A DNA stretch of 51,350 nucleotides. Origin: a virus. Lineage: Duplodnaviria; Caudoviricetes. A model generated the notes under the pieces. It was not told where the DNA came from. It was given only the letters and a program-made list of their open reading frames with translations, and did no database searches. The stretch spans positions 1-51,350 of IMG/VR virus record IMGVR_UViG_3300024308_000033. One strand, written 5' to 3'. The translations under genes and the position numbers were made by a program. How positions within the stretch are numbered: the first letter of the stretch is position 1; each line of letters starts with the position of its first letter. Below are positions 8,679 through 18,079 of the stretch, one piece after another.

Positions 8679-9146
8679 ATGAGCAGCTTTGTTGCCAACG
8701 CATCACCCGCCGCCAAGCAACCCAACGTCACCGCCGGCGCGTTCTGGCCGGAGATCGACGTGGTTGCACTGCGCGAGGCGATCCGCGTCCCCGGCGACAT
8801 ACCGGCGCCCCGGATGCGCAGCACCGTGGTGTCGGCCGTCATGGACGTAACGCGGGAACTGGAAGCGTGGCAGGCAGGCAAGGAAGCCGCCGGCTACGCC
8901 ACCTTGGCCGAAGTGCCGGCACCGGTGATCGACGGCAGCACCCGGCTGGTGCATCTGTACCTGCGTGCTGTCGGATGCGCTACCGCCGTCGAACTGCACG
9001 AACGCTACCGCTCCTATGACGCCACCGCACAGGGCAACCAGCGTGCGGAGGAATTGACCCCGACCATTGACGAGATCCGCCGCGATCTGCGCAACGCCAT
9101 CTGCGACCTGCAGGGCCTGCCGCGCGTCACGGTGGAACTGATCTGA
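8679..9146 (+). CDS. Head completion protein (P2 gpL)
   Basis: FWPEID, ERYRSYDAT and terminal VELI; synteny. Confidence 0.9.
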   Translation: MSSFVANASPAAKQPNVTAGAFWPEIDVVALREAIRVPGDIPAPRMRSTVVSAVMDVTRELEAWQAGKEAAGYATLAEVPAPVIDGSTRLVHLYLRAVGCATAVELHERYRSYDATAQGNQRAEELTPTIDEIRRDLRNAICDLQGLPRVTVELI

Positions 9147-9361
9147 TGCGCGTCCTCTCGATGCAGGGCGACACGCTCGACGCGCTCTGCCACCGCCATC
9201 TGGGCACCACCGCCGGCATGGTCGAGAAGGCGCACGCACTGAACTACGGCATCAGCCTGCATGGGCCGGTCCTGCCCATCGGCACTGTCGTGTTGCTCCC
9301 CGACGTACCCGCACCGTCCACTGGCGCCGCGATGCGCCCCCTTGTTCAGCTATGGGATTGA
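9146..9361 (+). CDS. Tail protein X (LysM-like)
   Basis: QGDTLDALCHRH...VQLWD, typical of P2 gpX. Confidence 0.9.
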   Translation: MRVLSMQGDTLDALCHRHLGTTAGMVEKAHALNYGISLHGPVLPIGTVVLLPDVPAPSTGAAMRPLVQLWD

Positions 9362-9363
9362 AG

Positions 9364-9717
9364 ATGACCGAACCAACCTCTACCGGCAGCATGGCCGCAC
9401 TGGCAACGGGCGTCGGCCTTGCGTCGATCCTGCCGGGGATCCAAACCGATGCGTTCCTGGGCGCGTTCGCCGGCGCCACCCTGTTCGTCGTGTCGGCCAA
9501 GAATCTGCCGATCTGGAAGCGCCTGGTGTATCTGGCCATCAGCGTGGTGGCCGGCTACCTGGGCGGCACCGAGGTGATGCAGCGCTTCGGCGTGGTGTCC
9601 ACGGGCCTTGCCGCGTTCATCTGTGCGGCGGTCATCGTCACCCTCACCCTGAGCCTGATCGAGCGCAGCCGCTCGGCTGACGTGACCCGACTGCCGCGTG
9701 GAGGCTCCGATGGCTGA
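9364..9717 (+). CDS. Putative holin/membrane protein
   Basis: MTEP start, several hydrophobic segments (GAFAGATLFVVS); first gene of the lysis cassette. Confidence 0.75.
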   Translation: MTEPTSTGSMAALATGVGLASILPGIQTDAFLGAFAGATLFVVSAKNLPIWKRLVYLAISVVAGYLGGTEVMQRFGVVSTGLAAFICAAVIVTLTLSLIERSRSADVTRLPRGGSDG

Positions 9718-9985
9718 GTTCCTGACCACTGCCACGCTGCTGTGCAGCCTGGCCATCTGCATCCGCCTGCTGACCTACCGCCCGGCCCCCGGCGCCAACC
9801 ACCGCCCCGCCATGGCCTGGTGCGCATGGCTGCTGATCGCCGCCACCGGCGGCCTGGCCCTACAGATCATGCTGCAGGGCGCCCGCGTCCACGTCACCGT
9901 CTGGCAGCTGCTACTACTGCTGGTCCTGCTGGTGGCCACCTATCGTTCGCGCGGCAACGTCGCGCACCTGTTCGGGAGCAACTGA
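9710..9985 (+). CDS. Phage holin family membrane protein
   Basis: Three hydrophobic segments ending in RGNVA; immediately upstream of the endolysin. Confidence 0.75.
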   Translation: MAEFLTTATLLCSLAICIRLLTYRPAPGANHRPAMAWCAWLLIAATGGLALQIMLQGARVHVTVWQLLLLLVLLVATYRSRGNVAHLFGSN

Positions 9986-9986
9986 C

Positions 9987-10622
9987 GTGCTGACCGCCTC
10001 ACAACTGGCGCAGATCATGCAATGCCCGCTCGCCCGTGCTCAGCGCTGGGTGGCGCCGTTCAATGCGGCGATGAAGCGCTTCGGGATCAACACCCCCGTG
10101 CGCGCCGCCTACTTCCTCGCGCAGGTCGGCCATGAAAGCCTGAGCCTGTCGCGCGTCGAGGAATCGCTCAGTTACAGCCGCGAGCGCCTGCTCGAAGTGT
10201 TCGGCAAGTACGTCGAAGGCCCCGAGGCGGCTGCATTCGTCCACCAGCCGGCGAAGCTGGGCAACCGCGTCTATGCCAACCGCAACGGCAATGGCAACGA
10301 GGCCAATGGCGACGGCTACCTGTATCGCGGCCGTGGCCCAATGATGCACACGGGCAGGGGCAACTACGAGAACATCGGCCACCTGATCGGCCAGCCGCTG
10401 GAAGAGGTGCCTGCCCTGCTGATCGAACCGGAAATCGGCGCCATGGCGGCGGCGGCGTTCTGGCACGACAACCGGCTCAACGCCTACGCCGACCAGCGCG
10501 ACGTGCTGAGCGTCAGCCGCGTGGTGAACCTGGGCAACGCCCGCAGCCGCGCCACCCCGAACGGGATGGCCGACCGCACGGCACGCACCAACCGCGCCCT
10601 AGCCGTGCTGGGCGCACGCTGA
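9987..10622 (+). CDS. Endolysin, glycoside hydrolase family 19 (chitinase-like)
   Basis: FLAQVGHES, VYANRNGNG and GDGYLYRGRG...TGRGNY motifs. Confidence 0.9.
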   Translation: MLTASQLAQIMQCPLARAQRWVAPFNAAMKRFGINTPVRAAYFLAQVGHESLSLSRVEESLSYSRERLLEVFGKYVEGPEAAAFVHQPAKLGNRVYANRNGNGNEANGDGYLYRGRGPMMHTGRGNYENIGHLIGQPLEEVPALLIEPEIGAMAAAAFWHDNRLNAYADQRDVLSVSRVVNLGNARSRATPNGMADRTARTNRALAVLGAR

Positions 10623-11143
10623 TGCTATACCGCGCCCTTGCCATCGTGGTCCTGATCGCCGGCACCGCCGGCCTTTTCAGCTGCCAGCAGGCGCGCGTGA
10701 GCCGCGCCACTGCAGCACTGGACCGCGCCAACGTTGCCCTGGCCAGCGCCAAGGCCGAGAAGAAGGATCTGGCCGGCAAGCTGGAACTGGCACAGGGCAC
10801 CACCCGCGTCGTGACCAAGTATGTGGATCGCGTACAGATCGTGCGCGAACGCGGCGCCACCATTACCAAAGAGGTTCCCGTCTATGTCACTCCGACTGCT
10901 GATGCCGCTTGCGCTGTGCCTGCTGGCTTCGTGCACATCCACGACGCCGCTGCGGCAGGCATCGCCCCCACCGGAACTGCCGGCGATCCTGATGCGCCCG
11001 CTGCCGGCGTTACGCTCTCTGCCGTCGCCGAAACCACCGCAGCCAACTACGGCCAGTACCACGCCGCCGCCGAGCAGGTGACGGCGCTGCAGCAGCTGGT
11101 CACCCAGCTGCACACCGCCCTGGCCGAGTGCGCGCGGCGATGA
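10622..11143 (+). CDS. Inner-membrane spanin (LysB/Rz-like)
   Basis: N-terminal hydrophobic anchor followed by an alanine-rich coiled coil; directly after the endolysin. Confidence 0.8.
   Translation: MLYRALAIVVLIAGTAGLFSCQQARVSRATAALDRANVALASAKAEKKDLAGKLELAQGTTRVVTKYVDRVQIVRERGATITKEVPVYVTPTADAACAVPAGFVHIHDAAAAGIAPTGTAGDPDAPAAGVTLSAVAETTAANYGQYHAAAEQVTALQQLVTQLHTALAECARR
10884..11081 (+). CDS. Outer-membrane spanin lipoprotein (Rz1-like), fully nested in the i-spanin gene
   Basis: +1 frame ORF MSLRLLMPLALCLLAS-C (lipobox LASC) followed by a Pro-rich mature part; GAGGT SD at 10871-10875. Confidence 0.8.
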   Translation: MSLRLLMPLALCLLASCTSTTPLRQASPPPELPAILMRPLPALRSLPSPKPPQPTTASTTPPPSR

Positions 11144-11625
11144 AGAAGCCCCAACTGCTCCGCCAGCACCTGATCGCGGCAATGCCGACGCTCGCCGCCG
11201 ATCCGGAACGCCTGCTGGTGTTCGTGGACGACGGCGGGCTGGTGGCCAGCTTCACGGCGGGCCTGTCCTTCCAGTACCGCTACACCCTCGAACTGATCCT
11301 GCGTGACTTCGCCGGGGCGCCCGAGGCCGTCATGGTGCCGCTGCTGCAGTGGCTTACCCGGCATCAACCTGAGCTACTGGCCAACCCCGAAAACCGCGAG
11401 AAGCTGACCTTCGTGGTCGACGTGCTGAGCGACTCGCTGGTGGATCTGGCCATCAAGCTGCCGTTGACCGAGCGCGTGCGCGTGGTGCAAGACAATGCCG
11501 GCGCATTCCAGCTGGAATACCTGTCCGAACCGCCCACCGAATGGGAACACCGCCACTCCCTGGCTGGTGGCCCGCTGTTCGCTGATGGCGAAGTCGTGGC
11601 AACGCTGCCGGCCATCGTTGAATGA
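11140..11625 (+). CDS. Tail completion protein (P2 gpR)
   Basis: MKKPQLLR start, SFQYRYTL and LTERV motifs. Confidence 0.9.
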   Translation: MKKPQLLRQHLIAAMPTLAADPERLLVFVDDGGLVASFTAGLSFQYRYTLELILRDFAGAPEAVMVPLLQWLTRHQPELLANPENREKLTFVVDVLSDSLVDLAIKLPLTERVRVVQDNAGAFQLEYLSEPPTEWEHRHSLAGGPLFADGEVVATLPAIVE

Positions 11626-12083
11626 GCGAGGATCTGCAGCGGCTGGAGGCTTGGGTGGCACCGCTGCTGCAGAGCCTGAGCGCCTCTGAGCGCAGCCGCT
11701 TGGCGCGCAAGGTTGGCACCGCCGTGCGCCGCTCGCAGCAGATGCGCATCGCCAGCCAGCAGAATCCTGATGGCACCCCCTTTGCAGCTCGACGCAACCC
11801 ACCGCCGCGACGGGCCAAAGCCGGCCGCATCAAGCGGCGCGTCATGTTCGGAAAGATCCGGCAGGCCAAGCACCTGCGGGTGCGTGCCAGTGCGAGCGAG
11901 GCGGCGGTGGGCTTCGCCGGGCGCGTCTCGCGCATCGCCCGCATTCACCAAGAAGGCCGCACCGATACCGTGAGCAAGGGTGGCCCCCGCGTCACCTACG
12001 CGCGACGCGTGCTGCTCGGCTTCACCAACGCCGACGAACAGCTGATACGCGAGCTGATCCTCGATCACCTGCACACGCTGTAG
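11622..12083 (+). CDS. Virion morphogenesis/tail completion protein (P2 gpS)
   Basis: QQNPDGTPF, ARIHQEG and RVLLGF motifs. Confidence 0.9.
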   Translation: MSEDLQRLEAWVAPLLQSLSASERSRLARKVGTAVRRSQQMRIASQQNPDGTPFAARRNPPPRRAKAGRIKRRVMFGKIRQAKHLRVRASASEAAVGFAGRVSRIARIHQEGRTDTVSKGGPRVTYARRVLLGFTNADEQLIRELILDHLHTL

Positions 12084-12084
12084 C

Positions 12085-12132
12085 GTAAGCGGCCGCGCTA
12101 CACGCTGCATTCCGCAGCCTCGCGCGCGCGCG
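12085..12132 (+). promoter_or_regulatory. Putative Ogr-activated late promoter upstream of gpJ
   Basis: GTA-N11-TAC at 12085-12101, then a CGCGCGCGCGCG tract and GGGAATCT. Confidence 0.5.
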
Positions 12133-12169
12133 ATGGGAATCTGGACCGGACCCATCAGCCGGTGCATCC

Positions 12170-13060
12170 GTGTCCTCATTTACCGCCATCGAAGTCGATA
12201 AGCTGCCGGCGCCGGACATCTTCGAACAGCGCACGTTCGAGGCCATCTTGGCCGAGCGCCTGGCCGAGTTCCGCCGCCTGTGCCCCGACTACACCGCCCT
12301 GGTCGAATCCGATCCGGTGATGAAGCTGCTGCAGGCCAGCGCGTACCGCGAGCTGGTACTGCGTGAGCAGTTCAACCAGCGCGCACGCGGCCTGCTGCTG
12401 CCCTACTCCATGGGCGCCGATCTGGACAACCTCGCGGTGCCGTTCGGCGTGCAGCGCAAGCTGTTGAAACCGGCAGATCCAAAGACCAACACAGCCGCCG
12501 TCTACGAGAACGATGCCGCGTTCCGCCGCCGCATCCAGCTGGCGCCGGAAAGCCTGTCGGTGGCCGGCCCCGAAGGCGCCTACATCTTCCACACGCTATC
12601 GGCACACCCGGACGTGCTCGACGCCAGCGTGGCCAGCCCGTCGCCGGGCAAGGTGGCGGTCACGGTCCTGTCGCGGCAGGGCAACGGCACACCGTCGGCC
12701 GATCTGTTGAAGATCGTCGAGGCCGCACTGCTCAACGACAACGTGCGCCCGCTGACCGACTACGTGACCGTGGCCCCAGCCACCGTCAAGCCGTTCGAGA
12801 TCCGCGCACGGCTGGTCACCTTCAATGGCCCTGACAGCGCCCTGGTGCTGGCCGAGGCCCGCCGCCGCGTGGATCTGTTCCTGCAGCAGACCCAGCGCCT
12901 GGGCCGCGACGTGCCGCTGTCGGCGCTCTACTCGGCCCTGCACGTCGATGGCGTCCACCGTGTGCAGCTGATGGCGCCCACGGCCGATATGCCGGTGGAT
13001 GCGCAGTCTGCGCCGTTCTGCACCCGCGTGGTGATCGAGCACGGCGGCACCGATGCCTGA
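12170..13060 (+). CDS. Baseplate assembly protein J
   Basis: ESDPVMKLL, SVAGPEGAYIFH and VRPLTDYV motifs. Confidence 0.93.
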   Translation: MSSFTAIEVDKLPAPDIFEQRTFEAILAERLAEFRRLCPDYTALVESDPVMKLLQASAYRELVLREQFNQRARGLLLPYSMGADLDNLAVPFGVQRKLLKPADPKTNTAAVYENDAAFRRRIQLAPESLSVAGPEGAYIFHTLSAHPDVLDASVASPSPGKVAVTVLSRQGNGTPSADLLKIVEAALLNDNVRPLTDYVTVAPATVKPFEIRARLVTFNGPDSALVLAEARRRVDLFLQQTQRLGRDVPLSALYSALHVDGVHRVQLMAPTADMPVDAQSAPFCTRVVIEHGGTDA

Positions 13061-13604
13061 CACCGCTTCCCTGCTGCCACCCAACTCCACGCCGTTAGAG
13101 CGCGCGGTAGAGCGCGCCGACGCTCAGCTGTCGGCCGTACCGATGGTGCACGACACGCTCTGGAATCCGTGGAACTGCCCGGCCGAGTTCCTGCCGTTCC
13201 TCGCGTGGAGCGTGTCGGTCGATACCTGGGACAGCGATTGGCCCGAGCGCATCAAGCGTGCCCGCATCGCCAGTTCGTTCCAGATCCAGCGACACAAAGG
13301 CACTGCCAAAAGCATCGCCGACCTGGTCGCCAGCTTTGGCGGTCAGGTCCAGATCCGCGAGTGGTGGCAGTCCACACCACAGGGCCAGCCGCACACCTTC
13401 GACCTGTTCCTAACCATCAGCGGCGACGGCGGTCAGGACTCATCAGCCGAGTTCGTGCACCAGATCGTTGACGCAGTGAACCGCACCAAGCCCGTGCGAT
13501 CGCACTTCACTTTCACCCAAGGCATTCAGGCCGACAGCCAAGTCGGAGACGTCGCAGGTGCCCGAGCGGCGGTCTACCGCCGCCTGACGATGACCGGAGA
13601 TTGA
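13053..13604 (+). CDS. Tail protein I (baseplate)
   Basis: LLPPNSTPLE, CPAEFLPFLAWS and KPVRSH motifs. Confidence 0.93.
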   Translation: MPDTASLLPPNSTPLERAVERADAQLSAVPMVHDTLWNPWNCPAEFLPFLAWSVSVDTWDSDWPERIKRARIASSFQIQRHKGTAKSIADLVASFGGQVQIREWWQSTPQGQPHTFDLFLTISGDGGQDSSAEFVHQIVDAVNRTKPVRSHFTFTQGIQADSQVGDVAGARAAVYRRLTMTGD

Positions 13605-16600
13605 CCCCCATGCGCATGAAGATCACCACCGCTGGCCGCGCAAAGCTGGTCAACGCAAGCAACACCGGCACCAACACGGTGCTGATATCCCACATTGGCC
13701 TCACTGCCACTGGCTTCACCCCCACTGCGGCCATGACGCAGCTGCCGGGCGAGTTCAAGCGCATGACCACCTTCGGCGGCAAGTCGGTGGCGGCCGATAC
13801 CATCCACGTCACGCTGGAGGACAGCGGCGCGGAGAAGTACACCCTGCGTGGCTTCGGGCTGTACCTGTCCGACGGCACCCTGTTTGCGGTGTACGGCCAG
13901 GCCGACGCGATCATGGAGAAGGCCACCATCTCCACGCTGCTGCTCTCGGCAGACGTGGTGCTTGCCGATATCGACACTGCGCAGATCAAGTTCGGCAGCA
14001 CTGAGTTTCTGAATCCGCCGGCCACCGAAACTGTTGCCGGTGTGGTCGAGCTGGCGGACAGCCCCGAAACCATCCTGGGCGCCGATGCCGTGCGCGCAGT
14101 CACCGCTCGCGGATTGAAGGCGACGCTGGATAGCCGTTTCGGCGCCAATGCTCCGACGCCGTTCGTCAAGACGCTGCTTGCCCAGGCAACGGCCGCGGAT
14201 ATCCGTACCAGCCTCGAACTAAAGGGCGCCGCCTTGAAGGACATGGGGCACGGCAAGGGGCTGGACGCCGACACGCTCGACGGCAAGCACGCATCCGACT
14301 TCCCGCAGGTCGGCGAGGTCCAGACCTCGTACCTGATAGCTACCAACAGTGCGCAGAAGCGTTGGATCAAGCTGGGCACACTCCTGTGGGCCGGGAGCGG
14401 CGCGAGCATCCTGATGCTTGAGATCACCTGCGGCGGTATCGGCGGGCGCCGCTTTGTTACTGATTTCGTATCGGCGTCGACGTGTGGCTACGACACTTGG
14501 ATGACTGCACTAACGCCGGCACATGTAGACGCGATGGTCTATCCGGCACGACTGGGGGGCTTTGACTCCCTCAACGACAGTGCGCGTTACGGGATGGTCC
14601 TGACTCAGAACAGCGCGGGCGTCTCCACCGGCGTTGAACTGTGGATGCTGCAAGGGGCGTATAACCACGGCCACCGCGTGCGCCCGGTAAACGTCCTGAA
14701 CGCGACCTATCACGGAGTCAAAGACTTCTCGACGGTCGAACCAAGCGGAATCGTCTATGCGACGGTCGAACCGGTCGCCTCTGTCTCGGATCTGCGACGC
14801 CTGGTCGAAGTCACAGAGAACAGCTGGGGCCGTCGGCAGACCTTCGCCCTTGGCTTGTCCCTGCCTAGCGATCAGACCATCGACCTCGGGAAGGGCGGTG
14901 GCGGCTTGCGTGGAACGGACACCGGCAGCGTGGTGCTGGCAGCGGGCGCGGGGGACACAGGGGAGTCCGGGGGCTACGTGTACCTGCGGCCCAATGGTTC
15001 CTCCAATGCCAGTGGCCAGCTGGCGCTCTACAAGAACGGCAGGGCGGAGATGGCGGCCGCCCGAGTGGGTCTCGGCAATGGCAGTGCCGATGGCACCGTT
15101 CTGCTCGAACTGTTCTCCCACCGGCCCTGGCATTTCCGGCAGTTGGCCAAGGATGGCGACACGGTGTTGGAACTATTCGACACAACCGGTGGCAAGCAGT
15201 TCCGTCTCACGAACACCACCAACTCGCGCGTAATCTCGTTCAACCCCACCTCTGGGCTCGTTGAGGCACCAGAATTCCGGGGCATGCTCAACGGCAATGC
15301 CGTCACGGCGAGCAAGCTGGTGACACCTCGCACCATCAACGGCACAGCCTTCGATGGCTCTGCCAACATCGTGAGCACATCGTGGGGCGCCTACCGTAAG
15401 GTGACCATCGGAAACACCACCAAGGATCTAAACGGTGGCGAGAATTTCGGGTGGACACTGGCCGAGATCGGCGCCGGATCGGCGGCTGACGTGGCTGCCC
15501 GCGTTGCGTTTGCGCCGCGAACACAGGATGGCAGTGGTTGGCTGGCTGCATACGACACCTACCGCTCCCACCTTCGCAGCGCGGCTGTGGATGATTCGAT
15601 GCCGTCGGCATACACGCACGCCATTTCATTGCCCAGCTACGACAATGCGCGAGGGTTGGCCCTGGCGTGCAGTTTTACCAGCGCCAACCGCTTTTGGATG
15701 CGAGCGCGCCACGACTCTGCCGGCAGCACCGCTGAGACTCGGTGGAAGCCTTGGGTCGAGCTGTGGACGAACGCCAACTTCGATCCTGGGACCAAGCTGG
15801 ACCGCGCTGGTGGCACCGTCAACGGCACGCTGCTCTTTGAAAGCTCCAGCGTCTTCCGGTTCATGGCCAAGACGCCGACGTATTTCCAAGGCCCCGATGG
15901 CGCCGGGGACAACGTCATCAACTTCACCCGCAACGGGAAGGCCGACTACACGATGAACGTGTTCGGCTCGCTGACCGTGGGCGGAGAGCGTGTGTGGCAT
16001 ACCGGCAACTTCGCGCCCAGCACCAAGGCCAATCGGATCCCCGGCCAGGTCATCATGTTCGCGGGCAAGACCGCCCCCAGCGGCACCCTGCTGTGCGACG
16101 GCGCCGCCGTGTCGCGCACCACCTATGCCGAGCTGTTCGCCGCCATCGGCACGCTGTACGGCGCAGGCGATGGCAAGACCACCTTCAACGTTCCGGCGAT
16201 GCTGGAAGGCACCGTGGTCACCCACACGCAGAAGCCGGAGACTGTTGGTAGCACCACCAGCGGTGAGGTGATCCGGCACGCGCATGGCGCATCGTCCGCC
16301 AGCGCCGGAACCCACACCCACACCATCTCGGTGGCGGGCGGTGGTGCCCACTCGCACAGTGCCAGCGCTGCCGCCGCCGGCGAGCATACCCACGGCGCAT
16401 GGACCGATTCGCAGGGCCACCACGGGCACACCGGCGGCACCTCGGCGGCAGGCGAGCACAACCACGTCGTGCCATTCGGCGACAAGATGACCTATCCGTG
16501 GGGCACCTACGGGAATCAGGATCAAGCAGGTTCACGCGCGAGCGGCGTGGACTACGACAACAGCTGGCCATACTCCAACGCGGCCGGCTCGCATACCCAT

Positions 16601-16822
16601 GCGTTCAGCACGGATGGTGCTGGTGCCCATGCCCACAACATCGGCATGAACAACGCCGGCAACCACACCCACACCATTTCCGTCGCGCAGGTAGGCGATC
16701 ACGGCCACAGCGCATCGGCTGCAGACAGTGGCGCGCATTCCCACGCGGTCACGGTGAACAACACCGGCGGCGACCGCAACCTGCCGGCCGGTCTGCGAAT
16801 GATCTACTGCATCACCTACTGA
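13601..16822 (+). CDS. Tail fibre protein (gpH-like) with tail-collar domain and His-rich C-terminus
   Basis: N-terminal ITTAG...DGTLFAV anchor; collar motif PGQVIMFAG...LLCDGAAVSRTTYAELFAAIG; repeated HxH motifs. Start could be 13610. Confidence 0.9.
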   Translation: MTPMRMKITTAGRAKLVNASNTGTNTVLISHIGLTATGFTPTAAMTQLPGEFKRMTTFGGKSVAADTIHVTLEDSGAEKYTLRGFGLYLSDGTLFAVYGQADAIMEKATISTLLLSADVVLADIDTAQIKFGSTEFLNPPATETVAGVVELADSPETILGADAVRAVTARGLKATLDSRFGANAPTPFVKTLLAQATAADIRTSLELKGAALKDMGHGKGLDADTLDGKHASDFPQVGEVQTSYLIATNSAQKRWIKLGTLLWAGSGASILMLEITCGGIGGRRFVTDFVSASTCGYDTWMTALTPAHVDAMVYPARLGGFDSLNDSARYGMVLTQNSAGVSTGVELWMLQGAYNHGHRVRPVNVLNATYHGVKDFSTVEPSGIVYATVEPVASVSDLRRLVEVTENSWGRRQTFALGLSLPSDQTIDLGKGGGGLRGTDTGSVVLAAGAGDTGESGGYVYLRPNGSSNASGQLALYKNGRAEMAAARVGLGNGSADGTVLLELFSHRPWHFRQLAKDGDTVLELFDTTGGKQFRLTNTTNSRVISFNPTSGLVEAPEFRGMLNGNAVTASKLVTPRTINGTAFDGSANIVSTSWGAYRKVTIGNTTKDLNGGENFGWTLAEIGAGSAADVAARVAFAPRTQDGSGWLAAYDTYRSHLRSAAVDDSMPSAYTHAISLPSYDNARGLALACSFTSANRFWMRARHDSAGSTAETRWKPWVELWTNANFDPGTKLDRAGGTVNGTLLFESSSVFRFMAKTPTYFQGPDGAGDNVINFTRNGKADYTMNVFGSLTVGGERVWHTGNFAPSTKANRIPGQVIMFAGKTAPSGTLLCDGAAVSRTTYAELFAAIGTLYGAGDGKTTFNVPAMLEGTVVTHTQKPETVGSTTSGEVIRHAHGASSASAGTHTHTISVAGGGAHSHSASAAAAGEHTHGAWTDSQGHHGHTGGTSAAGEHNHVVPFGDKMTYPWGTYGNQDQAGSRASGVDYDNSWPYSNAAGSHTHAFSTDGAGAHAHNIGMNNAGNHTHTISVAQVGDHGHSASAADSGAHSHAVTVNNTGGDRNLPAGLRMIYCITY

Positions 16823-16832
16823 GGAACGGAGC

Positions 16833-17405
16833 ATGTCCAACGAAGCCCGCTTTGCCCACGCCTTCGATCCCGCCAACCGCGCCTATATGGGTCCTGTGCG
16901 CCTGCAGCCGTCGCCCGACGGCATCTGGCACCTGCCCGATGGCACGGTGGACGTGGCCCCCACACAGGCCGCCGGCCAGTGCCAGGCGCTGCGCCTGGCT
17001 GATGACGGGAGCCGCTGGGAGCTGGTGGCCGACTTCCGCAACCGCATGCTGTGGGACACGCGCACTGCGATGGCCGTCCCCAATCGGCTCGCGCTCGGCG
17101 AGCCCTTGCCGAGCGGCGTCACGCTGGCCGAGCCATTCCGTCTGGATGGCACCACGCCGCAGTGCAACGCTTGGGATACCGTTCGAGGCGAGTGGACGCT
17201 GCAGCCCGATTACAGCGGCCGGCCGATCTGGAACAAGGCCGACGGCAGCTTCGCCGCTCCCCTGCAGCGTGGCCAGCCGCTGCCTGCCACCGTGACTGAT
17301 CACGCCCCGCCCATGGAGCGCAGCGGGCCAATCACCTATGACGACGGCGCAGGTGCTTGGGTGGAGACTGCAGGCGGTGATCCCACCGCAGCACAGCCAA
17401 GCTGA
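16833..17405 (+). CDS. Tail fibre assembly chaperone-like protein
   Basis: Follows the fibre gene; internal repeat (WELVADFR...GEPLP / WTLQPDYS...GQPLP) typical of Tfa proteins. Confidence 0.75.
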   Translation: MSNEARFAHAFDPANRAYMGPVRLQPSPDGIWHLPDGTVDVAPTQAAGQCQALRLADDGSRWELVADFRNRMLWDTRTAMAVPNRLALGEPLPSGVTLAEPFRLDGTTPQCNAWDTVRGEWTLQPDYSGRPIWNKADGSFAAPLQRGQPLPATVTDHAPPMERSGPITYDDGAGAWVETAGGDPTAAQPS

Positions 17406-17448
17406 TACCGCCCCGCCACACGGCGGCGCGATCTGTTCGCCCGCCGTT

Positions 17449-17490
17449 GTAGCGGCCCCATCTACCGCCCGCGCTCCGTGCGCGCGCGAG
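17449..17490 (+). promoter_or_regulatory. Putative Ogr-activated late promoter upstream of gpV
   Basis: GTA-N11-TAC at 17449-17465, then CGCGCGCG, then GGGAACAT. Confidence 0.5.
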
Positions 17491-17512
17491 GGGCCGCCGG
17501 GAACATGGGGGC

Positions 17513-18079
17513 ATGGATAGCGCCCTGCCCCAACAGATCAACAACCTGCTGCGCGACGGTGTGGTGACCGAGGTCGATCACGCCCGGCACCTGTGCCGCG
17601 TGCAGACGGGCGAAGCGCACACCGACTTCCTGCCGTGGTTCAGCGCCGCCGCCGGCGAGCTGCGGACCTGGGCACCGCCGAGCAGCGGCGAACAGGTGGC
17701 GCTGCTGTGCTGCGACGGCGACCTGGCCAACGCCATCGTGCTGCGCGGCCTGTACTGCGAGCAGTACCCGGCGCCGTCGACCAGCCCCAACCTGACCCTG
17801 ATCCAGTTCAAGGATGGCGCCGTGGTCAGCTACGACCATGAAGCGCATGCCCTGTCGGCTGTTCTGCCCGCTGGCGGAACCGTCGCCATCACCGCTGACG
17901 GCGGAACCACGATCACCGGCCCGGTGACGATCAAGGGCGCCACCAGCATCGAAGGCAAGGTGACGATCACCGGCAAGGTGGAGGTGTCCGACGACGTGGT
18001 CGCCGCCGGCATCAGCCTGACCAAGCACAAGCATCCCGGCGTGCAGCCGGGCGGTGGCACCACCGGGGCGCCGGCATGA
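17513..18079 (+). CDS. Baseplate spike protein V
   Basis: WAPPSSGEQV, FKDGAVVSYD and C-terminal HKHPGV. Confidence 0.93.
   Translation: MDSALPQQINNLLRDGVVTEVDHARHLCRVQTGEAHTDFLPWFSAAAGELRTWAPPSSGEQVALLCCDGDLANAIVLRGLYCEQYPAPSTSPNLTLIQFKDGAVVSYDHEAHALSAVLPAGGTVAITADGGTTITGPVTIKGATSIEGKVTITGKVEVSDDVVAAGISLTKHKHPGVQPGGGTTGAPA

Noticed and set aside
13601-17405. Tail-fibre invertible segment or diversity-generating retroelement
   Set aside because: No invertase, reverse transcriptase, duplicated fibre end or template/variable repeat pair was seen.
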